A DNA stretch of 64,000 nucleotides from an uncultured Acidobacteriota bacterium (GTDB lineage: Bacteria; Acidobacteriota; Blastocatellia; RBC074): NCBI GenBank assembly GCA_963796275.1, contig CAWCKY010000004.1:448001-512000 (forward strand), in the 5' to 3' direction. How positions within the stretch are numbered: the first letter of the stretch is position 1; each line of letters opens with the position of its first letter. Below are positions 1-9,626 of the stretch, piece by piece. The notes under the pieces are model-generated. The model was given only the letters and a program-made list of their open reading frames with translations, was not told the origin of the DNA and made no database searches. The translations under genes were made by a program, and so were the position numbers.

Positions 1-2001
1 TGATCCGAGCTCGCTCAACCGGCCAAGATATTGCCCGAGCGCCGTCAACGGGAACTGATTCCGGTATTGATGATAGTTGATATAGAAATGGCCGGGAAAA
101 CCCGTACCCGTGAATTCAGGCTCCGGCCAACTGCCATCGGCGTTCTGCTTGTCTAGCAGATACACGATCCCGCTTTTGACCGCGGCGGATTGGTAATCGC
201 CTGCCGCCATCAATCCGATCAATGCCCACGCGGTTTGCGATGGAGTGCTCGGCCCTTTCCCCCGAAGCTCCGGATGCTTGTACGATTCGCAGGTTTCTCC
301 CCAGCCGCCGTCTACATTCTGCACGCCGCGCAACCACCCGGCAGCCCGTTTTACCGCATCGCATTCCATCTCGAACCCGGTAAATGGCGATATTGAACGA
401 AGCCCGGCGAGAGCTAAATATGTCCCATAAATGTAATTGACGCCCCAGCGCCCCCACCACGAGCCGTCCGTCTCCTGCAACTGCATCAGGAAATCGATTG
501 CGCGCATGATGTCTTGATCCTCGTAGTGCTTTTCTCCGTACCTGATCCGCCACTGGCCCAGCATCTCGAGCACTCGCCCGGTTATGTCCGCCGTCGGCGG
601 ATCGATCATAGCTTTCAGATCGCCGTAGGGCATCCTGTTCCAGAGGTCTTGCGTGTTGTCGATGTCGAAGGCCGCCCAGCCTCCCCGCCGGCATTGCATC
701 GACATCACCCACTCTGTGGCAGCCCGGCACGCTGCGAGTTTGTATGCGTCACCGTCCAGCTTCATGGCTAGCAACGCCATAATAACCGCCGCCGTATCGT
801 CAACGTCAGGGTAATAATCGTTATAGAACTCGAATGCCCATCCGGCGGGCTTGCCTTTGCGATTGAAAACCGCCCAATCGCCATAGCGGAAGGTTTGTTG
901 AGTCAGCAACCAGTCGCCGCCCGCTTTGACCCTCGGATCATGCTTAGAGGCTCCCGAATCGAGCAATGCGGTCAAGCCTAAAGCTGTGTCCCAGGTCGGC
1001 GAGATGCATGGTTGCAGATGCAGATATTGTGGGAATTCCGAACCGTCAAGGGCGCCCTCTTCGATACAAAACCGATCGAGAGCATCCAATCCGCGTTTGA
1101 CATATGGGTGCAAGGCCGAATAGCCGAGCGTGAGGAACATCAAGATCGAATTGAGCATCGCCGGCACGATGCCCGCCCAATCGCCGGGCCCGTCCTGCCG
1201 CTCGATCACCCATCTTTCAGCGGCTGCTATCCCCCGCCGTCTGAATGGAACGAGGCCGATCCGATCGAAACGCTTGAGCAATCTATCGGTAGCCAGGAAG
1301 AGCGCGCCGATCGCCGTGCCGTCGTTATTTTTCAATTCAAGATCTTGCTGATTGCGGCTGCTAAATAGTTCGTCCGCGTAGATGCCGTGATCGTAGACCG
1401 GTTTCCTGTCGATCACGACTAGCAACGGCACGGTTGAAGAGCGCGCCCAACTTGCCATCGTGTAGATATTGAACGGGAACCATTTCGGCAAAAACATGAA
1501 CCATGGGGGGAGCGTCGGAATGCCTTCCCACGGATAGGCGCCGAAAAGCGCAAGATGAAGTTTGGTGAAGACGCGCGCCCGCCCTAGTCCCCCGCGATCG
1601 AGGATGAATTTGCGGGCTCGCTGCATCGGCGGGTCGTCAACCGAATGGCCGGCGAGTTTAAGAGCGTAGTAAGCCTCGATCGTAGTGCTGATCTCACCTC
1701 CATCGCCAAAAAAAAGCTCCCAGCCGCCGTGCTCGCATTGCCGGCGCAGAATATAACGAGCCATCTGCTGAATCTGCTGCTCGCGGTCCTTCCCGTTATT
1801 GAATCGGTTCCGCGGGTCGAGGTGCATCAGGATGCGCTGCAGCATGACATACTCAGCCGTCAGAGTTACATTGGCTTCAAGCTCAGCCCACCAATAACCT
1901 TCGAGATTCTGCTGGGCGAGCAGATATGTCTGCGCTCTGTTAATCGCATCGGTAAGTCTTATATCGATCTCTTGCTTGGTGACTGGCTGTGCTGTTCTCA
2001 T
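1..2001 (-). CDS. shc: Squalene-hopene cyclase (stop codon lies just outside the window; absent from the ORF track)
   Basis: Manual translation from ATG at 2001: MRTAQPVTKQ...YLLAQQNLEGYWWAELEANVTLTAEY; catalytic DYYPDVDDT (DxDD) near 795-820; C-terminal FTGTGFPGHFYINYHQYRNQFPLTALG; next to hpnCDE. Confidence 0.96.
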   Translation of the reverse strand, partial: MRTAQPVTKQEIDIRLTDAINRAQTYLLAQQNLEGYWWAELEANVTLTAEYVMLQRILMHLDPRNRFNNGKDREQQIQQMARYILRRQCEHGGWELFFGDGGEISTTIEAYYALKLAGHSVDDPPMQRARKFILDRGGLGRARVFTKLHLALFGAYPWEGIPTLPPWFMFLPKWFPFNIYTMASWARSSTVPLLVVIDRKPVYDHGIYADELFSSRNQQDLELKNNDGTAIGALFLATDRLLKRFDRIGLVPFRRRGIAAAERWVIERQDGPGDWAGIVPAMLNSILMFLTLGYSALHPYVKRGLDALDRFCIEEGALDGSEFPQYLHLQPCISPTWDTALGLTALLDSGASKHDPRVKAGGDWLLTQQTFRYGDWAVFNRKGKPAGWAFEFYNDYYPDVDDTAAVIMALLAMKLDGDAYKLAACRAATEWVMSMQCRRGGWAAFDIDNTQDLWNRMPYGDLKAMIDPPTADITGRVLEMLGQWRIRYGEKHYEDQDIMRAIDFLMQLQETDGSWWGRWGVNYIYGTYLALAGLRSISPFTGFEMECDAVKRAAGWLRGVQNVDGGWGETCESYKHPELRGKGPSTPSQTAWALIGLMAAGDYQSAAVKSGIVYLLDKQNADGSWPEPEFTGTGFPGHFYINYHQYRNQFPLTALGQYLGRLSELGS

Positions 2002-2088
2002 TTATGGTGATTCTGGAAACAAAAAGCAACAAAAGTATCAAAACATTCTCCGTTTTTTATCTTGTATCTTTTTATTTCTCATAAATCA

Positions 2089-3195
2089 CTATTCTCTCCT
2101 GAAGTTTTTTAGGTAATAACCGACGATCAGCGGTACATCTTGATCGTAGCTTACGATACCGCCTGCAACACCATTGAATCTTAAATAGGCCTGAACGACC
2201 TTGGCAGACAACACCCTGACATCCGGGTTTCTGCCGTCCTCCCAAAATTGGCGGCTGGCATCCAAATCCGCGGATGGACCCGGTGCGACCAAATCTCTAT
2301 AGCGGCCTGCATCCGCGTTTTCGATCTCCCCGAGAACTCTCACGCCATGCATATATCCCGAATAGCGCACATATGGATCATCGGCATTTATACAAATGAC
2401 AAAGGCAATAAAATTCGCCTCGTCTTCTCGCGCATAACCGCGCTGATGAGCCTTCTGGTTCGCGATGGTGAACGGTAATTCGGCTGGAGGTATCAATTCG
2501 TTGATGGCCGGCTCGGCCGTGAAGGGAAGATAGATACCGCTGAAGCCGAGAATACTCATCAGTCGCGAAAGATAGAATGGTTTGGGTGGACCTAAGCCTC
2601 CCTGGCTGGCCTCCTGAAGCGGATATGTCTTCTGAAATGAATCCTCGATGACCTGATTGAGCCGCTGGCGCGTCAGCGGAAGCGTACTCGCCCGCGACCA
2701 ATCCTGACCTTCGCTCGCCGCCTTGTAGTTTTGATTGATGCCTTCCACTATCCGCGCGCCGATAGCCTGCAATTCACCAGAGTTTGTGGGTCGGACTTCC
2801 AAATCCCAGGTCTCCGCGATCGGCAACCGTTGAAAATTCATGCCCCATAAGAAGAGGAAGACCAGGTAAACGATACCAAACACCCACGTCAGTCGAAGGA
2901 ATAGCAGCTTTATTACGTCGAGGGGGCGGCTATCACCGCGAACTGCGCGCCGAATATTCCAGATCACCCAGCCCAAAAACCATAGGATCAAGGCGATCAG
3001 AAGAACCTCTCCCAGCGTGAAGTTGACAAACCTGTTAAAAAACGAAAGCCCCCTCGCAATGTAATAGTAGATCAATTGGCTGTAGACCACTTCGATGATC
3101 GCCGGCATCAGACCAGCCACTGTCTGTAGGATCAGAGCGATCAAAAGCAGTTGCGCGGCTTTCAATAATAACTTCCCAAACCCGTTTTTTTTCAC
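2089..3195 (-). CDS. DUF3810-family membrane protein (zincin-like, HExxH degenerate); true start may be ATG 3266 across a 1-nt indel
   Basis: N-terminal TM helices; LFLWGMNFQR, GFSGIYLPFTAE and PFTIANQKAHQRGYAREDEANF match the DUF3810 pattern. Confidence 0.8.
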   Translation of the reverse strand: MKKNGFGKLLLKAAQLLLIALILQTVAGLMPAIIEVVYSQLIYYYIARGLSFFNRFVNFTLGEVLLIALILWFLGWVIWNIRRAVRGDSRPLDVIKLLFLRLTWVFGIVYLVFLFLWGMNFQRLPIAETWDLEVRPTNSGELQAIGARIVEGINQNYKAASEGQDWSRASTLPLTRQRLNQVIEDSFQKTYPLQEASQGGLGPPKPFYLSRLMSILGFSGIYLPFTAEPAINELIPPAELPFTIANQKAHQRGYAREDEANFIAFVICINADDPYVRYSGYMHGVRVLGEIENADAGRYRDLVAPGPSADLDASRQFWEDGRNPDVRVLSAKVVQAYLRFNGVAGGIVSYDQDVPLIVGYYLKNFRRE

Positions 3196-3474
3196 CGGCG
3201 CCGCTTTTTCAGCCCCCGCACTAACCTCCGGGGTTGCGGGGGAGGTGATTCTGTTTCTTGGGCCATAACAAAGTAGTGTCTGAGATCAATAAGTTGAAAT
3301 TGAGATCTCAAATCGTTTGTATTTAATTGGTATTGATATGGAGGATTTGCAAATTAAAGACCGAGATAAACGACAGACTCGGAGCAGCGCAGGAGATGCG
3401 CAATATCTATAGTTGTTCTAACACCGCTCCGGTTCAATCGGGAGCGACGGATAATTATAATTTGCACGCTTAAT

Positions 3475-3861
3475 TTATAGCACGATTGCGTCCACCTCGA
3501 TCTCAATGAGCATCCGATCATCGATTAATTTCCGTATCTCAACCATCGTCGTGCAGGGTTTGATCTCCTCGAAGAATTCTCCGTGCGCGCGACCGTACTC
3601 CTGCCAGAGGGAGATATCAGTCACAAACATACGCGTTCGCACGACATCTTTGAGAGAAGCTCCGAGAGCGTGGAGGGCTCTCTCGATATTGCGAATTATT
3701 TGAACAGTTTGCGCATAACCGTCGCCAACTCCGACAATCCCGCCATTCTCATCGGTTGCAGTCGTACCGGTGACAAAGATTTGATGGCCGACTCGAATCG
3801 CCCGCGAATAGCCGACTATCGACTCCCACTTTGTTCCTGACGAATAATATTCTCTTTCCAT
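3475..3861 (-). CDS. RidA/YjgF family protein
   Basis: SSGTKWESIVGYSRAIRVG...DVVRTRMFVTDI...IEIEVDA. Confidence 0.9.
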   Translation of the reverse strand: MEREYYSSGTKWESIVGYSRAIRVGHQIFVTGTTATDENGGIVGVGDGYAQTVQIIRNIERALHALGASLKDVVRTRMFVTDISLWQEYGRAHGEFFEEIKPCTTMVEIRKLIDDRMLIEIEVDAIVL

Positions 3862-4087
3862 TTATTCCTTTTTCGCTCCATTTTAGATATCGATGAGCAT
3901 TGTTCGCAGGAGAAGGACTGGAGTTCCTGCGGACAACAGTTACCAGGGCCAATGACCAGGTTCGACAATAGCCAATTCAAGCATGAGTTTCAATTTAATT
4001 GAATGCTGTGCAAATTCGGTTGGCCCCGGAGAGCCGGATGTTAATAGTATACGATTGAATATTTTGGATATTTGGAACAGGCCTCAT

Positions 4088-5551
4088 TTAATTGCTCATC
4101 AGGATCGCGCGCGCGCACTCCCGCCCGCTCCAGACCGCGCTTTCGATGGTCGCCGGCAATCCGGTATCGGTCCAATCTCCCGCGAGGAAAAGATTGCTGA
4201 AATCTGTGCGTTGTGACGGTCTCAAACGAGCCATTCCGATTGAATGTGAAATGGTCGCATCCTGCTCTCTCACAACGAAAGCGTGCACCGGCCTCTGCCG
4301 CCGTGCGGCGGGGAAAAATCGCGCTATCTCGCCGGAGGCTATTTCGATCAGCTCATCCTTCGGTTTCATGGCCGTCTCGTGCGCGCCGCTGATGACTAGC
4401 GCGAGATGCTGTCGCTTCCCAACGCGCGCACCTGCAATTGCGTTCTTATTGAAGACCCATTCAATCGGTGAATCTAGCAGGCCGGCAAATTCCAGATCGG
4501 TGACGGTTTTTTCGAACCAGAGATTGATCGAAACGATAGGCGCTGTGCTGAACCGATCGAGATGATGAAAACAGTGTTCTCCCGACGCGATTTCTGTTTC
4601 CAGCATCCTCCCGAGAGCAGCAGGCGGCACCGCGCTGACGATCGTTTCAGCCTCGATCCGTTGTCCATTGCGCAGTAGAACGCCTGAGGCCTGCTTCGAT
4701 CCGTTCGCCCCAATTACCCCACTTTCACCGTTTGCCCCGTTTGCCCCGTTTGCCCCGTTTGCCCCGTCGACGCTAAATTCAATCTGTGCGACATCGGCAT
4801 TCAGCATAACTTCTCCGCGGTGCTCCTCGATGAATCTCCTGGCGTCTTCAGTATAGAGGTCGCTCAATCCGACTTTAGAGATGATCAGGGCGGAATCACG
4901 TTTAGCGTGAAGAAAAGCCTGATCCAGGACGCAGGCGAACATATCCGCCGAGGCGACTTCGGGCGACTCATTTAAGGTCGCAAGGGCCACGACGTCCCAG
5001 AATCTGCGCTGAATTCTTTCCGGCTGGCCCAAACGATCGAGCCACTGACGCACGGTGATGTCTGCCAGCCCAGCGCGGTTGCCGTTCAGCCTACGCAATT
5101 CCCGACCCACACGCAGAGCCTTGATCCGATCAAGCCAGCCGATCGTTTTCAGGCTTGCCAATCCACCCAATAGATGCAACGGGGCAGGCAGGGGAGGACA
5201 TTTGAAGATAGCGTGGCGGACGGCTCCATCGCTCGATTCATAAATGAAATCCACTCTCGGATTCGCCTGGGTTTTGAGTTTATCGTGAGCGCCTATTTTT
5301 TTGAGGAAGGCCAGCGTGTTGTGATAGCAGCCCATCATCAAATGCTGGCCGTTATCGATCGTGTCACCGGTGGTTTTATCCTTGAATGAGTACGCGCGGC
5401 CGCCGAGAAACGAACGACGTTCGAGCAGCAGGACTCGCCTCCCGGCCTCGGCCAGATCAACGGCAGCGGCGAGACCCGCAAAGCCACCACCTATGATAAT
5501 AATGGGCAGGGACCGGGCGGCGTGGCGAGCGGCCGCATATTCATTGCTCAT
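4088..5551 (-). CDS. hpnE: Hydroxysqualene dehydroxylase HpnE (FAD-dependent)
   Basis: GGGFAGL Rossmann motif, LGGRAYS, IDNGQHLMMGCY, LAGDWTDTGLPATIESAVWSG; ATG 5551 overlaps the hpnD stop. Confidence 0.92.
   Translation of the reverse strand: MSNEYAAARHAARSLPIIIIGGGFAGLAAAVDLAEAGRRVLLLERRSFLGGRAYSFKDKTTGDTIDNGQHLMMGCYHNTLAFLKKIGAHDKLKTQANPRVDFIYESSDGAVRHAIFKCPPLPAPLHLLGGLASLKTIGWLDRIKALRVGRELRRLNGNRAGLADITVRQWLDRLGQPERIQRRFWDVVALATLNESPEVASADMFACVLDQAFLHAKRDSALIISKVGLSDLYTEDARRFIEEHRGEVMLNADVAQIEFSVDGANGANGANGANGESGVIGANGSKQASGVLLRNGQRIEAETIVSAVPPAALGRMLETEIASGEHCFHHLDRFSTAPIVSINLWFEKTVTDLEFAGLLDSPIEWVFNKNAIAGARVGKRQHLALVISGAHETAMKPKDELIEIASGEIARFFPAARRQRPVHAFVVREQDATISHSIGMARLRPSQRTDFSNLFLAGDWTDTGLPATIESAVWSGRECARAILMSN
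4731..4766. repeat. Perfect 9-bp tandem repeat (TTTGCCCCG)x4 in hpnE, encoding a GAN repeat
   Basis: Read directly from the sequence; in-frame DGANGANGANGANG insert. Confidence 0.95.
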
Positions 5552-6509
5552 CTCTCTCCGTCTCCTCGTATCCTCGCCGATTGATCGTCCCTTCGCCACT
5601 TCGCCCCGTCGCTTTTACCCATTCGCTCAGTGCGATCAAGAACCGCTCGGGGCGGTGTAATCGGATCCGGTGATTGAAGACGTCATAATTGACTTGCTCT
5701 ATCTTCTCGAGCAATCGGTAATAGATCTTCCCCATCGTTATCGCGGCCGTCAGCGTCGGGCGGTCCTCCCGGGGCAGGCATTCGTCAGCTCGCCGGTAGT
5801 AATCGCGCGCCCGCTCGCATTCGAACTTCATCAATTCGATGAAATTGCCATTTACGATCTGCCTCTTCAGGTCGTTCTCACTGTATCCGAACCGGCGCAT
5901 GTCTTCCCGCGGCAGATAGATCCGCCCGCGAGCCGCATCCTCTTTCAGGTCTCGCAATATATTAGTGAGCTGAAGCGCAATACCCAGATTAATCGCGTAG
6001 TCTCTGGTCCTCGGCGACCGGTACGTGAAAATCTCGATGCACATCAGCCCCGCGATCACTGCTACGCGATAACAATACTCATAAAGTTCTTCGAATGTCT
6101 CATAATGATGCCGGTAGAGGTCCATCTCACATCCATTGATCATCTCTTCGAAATACTCTCTCGGCATGGGAAACCGTTCGAGCACGCGCTCGAGCCTGTG
6201 CGCGATAGGAATCGAGGGTCTTCCCTCATAGATGTTGTTGAGTTCCTCGCGCAATTTCTCCAGTTTCGACTGCGCGATCATACTTGCTCGCCCGGTCGCC
6301 GCTTCATCGTCCACATCATCGACGATGTCGTCGACCGAGCGGCAAAACCGGTAGACATCTATAATCGCTTCTCTCTTTCGTTTCGGTAAAAAGATGAATG
6401 AGTAAAAGAAGTTAGACTGAATGGTCTTCTCCAGATCGCGTTTCAAGCCGCGCGTACGATCACGCAGGTGCCAGGGGGTGAAATGAATATTACCTGTTGC
6501 CGCTTTCAT
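5541..6509 (-). CDS. hpnD: Presqualene diphosphate synthase HpnD
   Basis: SNFFYSFIFLP, FCRSVDDIVDD, YCYRVA, LQLTNILRDLKEDAARGRIYLP; between hpnC and hpnE. Confidence 0.92.
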   Translation of the reverse strand: MKAATGNIHFTPWHLRDRTRGLKRDLEKTIQSNFFYSFIFLPKRKREAIIDVYRFCRSVDDIVDDVDDEAATGRASMIAQSKLEKLREELNNIYEGRPSIPIAHRLERVLERFPMPREYFEEMINGCEMDLYRHHYETFEELYEYCYRVAVIAGLMCIEIFTYRSPRTRDYAINLGIALQLTNILRDLKEDAARGRIYLPREDMRRFGYSENDLKRQIVNGNFIELMKFECERARDYYRRADECLPREDRPTLTAAITMGKIYYRLLEKIEQVNYDVFNHRIRLHRPERFLIALSEWVKATGRSGEGTINRRGYEETERDEQ

Positions 6510-7417
6510 AATTTCTTACGGCCAATCAATGATCTCAGGAGCAGAACGATTTTATCCCAACCCGTAATCACCGGGCGCGTCTCCAGCGTATCATAATCTT
6601 GCTCTTCTATGCGCCGCAGGATCCGCATTCCTCCAAGCCACGTCAGTCGCAGTTCAAAAGCAAGCCGGCCATTTACCATTCCGGGCAAACACCTGCCGGC
6701 TTCGAAAAATTGTTTCGTACGCTCGACTTGTAACCTGAACAATGCGGCGCTGCGTTCGCTCGACCTTCCATCGCGCAAATCATCGACGCTCACGCCAAAT
6801 TCGGCCATTTCGTTGAGCGGCAAATAAATTCGATCTTTCCGGATGTCGACTGCGACATCCTGCCAGAAATTGACCAGCTGCAGCCCGGTGCAGATCGAAT
6901 CAGACAATTTATGCAACCGTTCCTCGCGATAACCGAAGAGGAGCAAAATCAACCTCCCGATCGGATTGGCCGAACGCCCGCAATAATCGAGCAACTCATC
7001 GAAATTGGCATATCGCCGCTTGGTAACATCCTGTTTGAAAGCGGAGAGGAGGTCGCGGAAGAGACGGACCGGTAGCTGCAGCTCTTTCGCCGTTTCAGCC
7101 AGCGCAATAAATACCGGATGGCTCGCCTCGCCGCGATACGAGGCCTCGAGCTTTCTCTCCCAATCCTCGAGCGCAGCCAGACGCCCCGCCTCATCCAATC
7201 CATCTTCTTCATATCCTTCGTCGGCGAAATCGTCGGCCGTGCGCGCGAAAGCATATATGCTGTAGACGTACCGGCGCTTGTCTACCGGAATGAGCAGTGA
7301 ACCGACTGGGAAATTTTCATAATGGCTGCGCGCCATCCGCTCGCAATAGGCGAACGCATCGTCAATACTGCGCGGATCGATCGTCTGCAGAGCGGAACCC
7401 CAGGTATTCACTTGCAT
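6506..7417 (-). CDS. hpnC: Squalene synthase HpnC
   Basis: HYENFPVGS, YAFARTADDFADEG, YCGRSANPIGRL, LQLVNFWQDV; ATGA overlap with hpnD. Confidence 0.93.
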   Translation of the reverse strand: MQVNTWGSALQTIDPRSIDDAFAYCERMARSHYENFPVGSLLIPVDKRRYVYSIYAFARTADDFADEGYEEDGLDEAGRLAALEDWERKLEASYRGEASHPVFIALAETAKELQLPVRLFRDLLSAFKQDVTKRRYANFDELLDYCGRSANPIGRLILLLFGYREERLHKLSDSICTGLQLVNFWQDVAVDIRKDRIYLPLNEMAEFGVSVDDLRDGRSSERSAALFRLQVERTKQFFEAGRCLPGMVNGRLAFELRLTWLGGMRILRRIEEQDYDTLETRPVITGWDKIVLLLRSLIGRKKL

Positions 7418-7625
7418 AGTCAAAACTTCTCGATTGAATCTGATCAGAGCTCAGAGAATAACAAGAGAATAATTAAATCTCAAATTCAGTCCGGATTTAC
7501 GGGATACATCGTGAGGTAAGAGATCGATGCATAAACTCGCTGATTTTTGCGTTTTTTATTTTCACCTGATAATCTGGCAATCGAGACTAATAGACAAAAC
7601 CAACACTAACGGAGGGTGGACGAAC

Positions 7626-9077
7626 TTGCTGAAAACACTTCTACTCAATCCCCCATCGTTCGAGAAATTCGATGGCGGCGCAAGTTCACGCTGGCCCGCA
7701 ACGCGTGAGATTGAGAGTTACTGGTATCCGGTATGGCTCGCCTACCCGGCTGCCATGATCCGGGACCGGGGGGGCCTTTCGCGCCTGCTCGATGCGCCGC
7801 CCCATCATATCGGGCCGGAAGAGACGGCGCATATCGCCGGGGATTATGAATTCGTAGTCCTCTTCACATCGCACGTCGGCTTCAATAATGACGTCAAGCT
7901 GGCCGAGCGCATGAAAGAGCTGACCCCGGATCTGAAAATAGCCTTCGTTGGGCCGCCGGTCACGACCCATCCCGAACAGGCGCTGCGCGCAAGCAGCGCT
8001 ATCGATTTTGTCACGCATAAAGAGTTCGATTACACCGTCACACGCTTCGCTGCCGGTGAGCCGCTTGAAAAAATTCCCGGCGTCTATTTTCTGAAGGATG
8101 GCCGGATGGTTTCAACTCCGAGCGAACCGCTGGTGACCGAGCTGGATAAACTTCCGTGGGTGACGCCCATCTACAAACGTGATCTGGATTTCAAGCGATA
8201 CAATGTTCCCTTTCTGCTGAACCCATTTATCGCTTTCTATTCGACGCGCGGATGCCCGGCGCTCTGCACCTTCTGTCTCTGGCCCCAGACTTTCGACGAT
8301 CACCGTTGGCGCCAGCGCTCGGTCGAGGATGTGCGCAATGAAGTAGAATGGGCCCTGAATGCGTTCAAGCCGGAGGGGCTGCAGGAAATATTCTTCGATG
8401 ACGATACCTTCACCTTCAATCCCAACCGGATGATCGAAATGAGCAAAGTCTTCAAACCACTGAAATTTCAATGGTCGAGCACTTCGCGCGCACACCTCGA
8501 TTACGAGACGCTGAAGGTAATGAGGGATGCCGGCTGCCGCCTCTTCATCGTCGGCTTCGAATCAGGTAATGAGGAGATACTTAAGAAAATCAAAAAAGGG
8601 ATCACAGCGCGGCGCGGGCTGCAATTCGTCAAGGATTGCAAACGAGCGGGGATCAAGGTCCACGCCGATTTCATCATCGGCCTGCCCGGCGAGACGCGCG
8701 AGACAATCCGCGAGACGATCGAATACGCCAAGGAGATGGACCCCGAAACCTTGCAGGTATCCGTCGCACACGCTTATCCGGGAACGGAGATGTACGACTG
8801 GTTCAAGTCAAATGGCGTCTTCCTCAACAACACGATGTCCGATGAGCTCGGGCAACAACTGCCGATGGCCAATTTCCCGCACCTGACTGCGGCGGAGATG
8901 CTCGAGTGGGTTCACAGGTTCTACGATGAATATTACTTCCGCCCGAAGGTCGTGGTCCGGATAGTGAAGGACGCGGTCTTCAAGAGCAGCGAAAGAAAGC
9001 GTCTTTATAAGGAAGCTAAAGAATATCTGGCTACCAGAGCGAGAAGACGCGAGCTTGTTCGATCAAGACAGCTATAA
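7626..9077 (+). CDS. hpnJ: Hopanoid-associated radical SAM protein HpnJ
   Basis: LKTLLLNPPSFEKFDGGASSRWPATREIESYWYPVWLAYP N-terminus, CPALCTFC (CX3CX2C); GGAGG RBS before TTG 7626; divergent from hpnC. Confidence 0.9.
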   Translation: MLKTLLLNPPSFEKFDGGASSRWPATREIESYWYPVWLAYPAAMIRDRGGLSRLLDAPPHHIGPEETAHIAGDYEFVVLFTSHVGFNNDVKLAERMKELTPDLKIAFVGPPVTTHPEQALRASSAIDFVTHKEFDYTVTRFAAGEPLEKIPGVYFLKDGRMVSTPSEPLVTELDKLPWVTPIYKRDLDFKRYNVPFLLNPFIAFYSTRGCPALCTFCLWPQTFDDHRWRQRSVEDVRNEVEWALNAFKPEGLQEIFFDDDTFTFNPNRMIEMSKVFKPLKFQWSSTSRAHLDYETLKVMRDAGCRLFIVGFESGNEEILKKIKKGITARRGLQFVKDCKRAGIKVHADFIIGLPGETRETIRETIEYAKEMDPETLQVSVAHAYPGTEMYDWFKSNGVFLNNTMSDELGQQLPMANFPHLTAAEMLEWVHRFYDEYYFRPKVVVRIVKDAVFKSSERKRLYKEAKEYLATRARRRELVRSRQL

Positions 9078-9132
9078 ATGCGATCAAAAAATAAGCTTTG
9101 GCATATTTTTCGCTTTCGCGAACCACGATTGA

Positions 9133-9141
9133 TGATATAAT
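9133..9141 (+). promoter_or_regulatory. Extended -10 promoter (TGaTATAAT) upstream of the structured RNA candidate
   Basis: Consensus TGnTATAAT in intergenic DNA. Confidence 0.55.
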
Positions 9142-9167
9142 CGTAATCGCGTTGAGATGACTCTCAA

Positions 9168-9333
9168 GGGTGTGGGTGTTCGGGTTATGGAGTAACGCAA
9201 TTTAGTTACAATGGAAGTAACAGAGGATCATCGAAGATCATCAAACGCGATCGAAAGATTCGATTAATGACGCGATTGAATGAAATGATCATCTGAGAAA
9301 ACGTTACTAAGACCGCGGACAAGCACCCATCCC
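9168..9333 (+). ncRNA. Candidate structured ncRNA, 6S RNA-like rod with central bubble
   Basis: Nested pairings: 9168-9178/9324-9333, 9179-9186/9311-9319, AGTAACG/CGTTACT (9191-97/9302-08), 9221-31/9285-95, 9238-49/9271-83, apical ATCGAA/TTCGAT. Confidence 0.5.
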
Positions 9334-9626
9334 AGATCTTTTCCCCCAGACCCCCCCCGAGAGTCTCGTTTATTTGCGCTGCCCATTCACATGGTGGAGA
9401 GATAGCTGCCAATCTAAGGACGCTCGATCATTCCATCTCAGTTCGTACAACGTTACGCAATTGGTCAAATTAGTGACTTGACTTGGATGCAGGACGCGAG
9501 AAAGAGCACACAGCGTCTGAATTCCGGTATCTAGTTGTACCCAGCATCGGCATCGGTCTATTTGATTGATGCAAATTCACATGCCCTCAAGTTGTGTGTT
9601 GATTGATAACGAGAAGGGGACCCTTC

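Noticed and set aside
116-2010. Short ORFs listed in the track over 116-2010
   Set aside because: Shadow or alternate-frame ORFs of shc (1-2001, minus strand), which the track omitted because its stop lies outside the window
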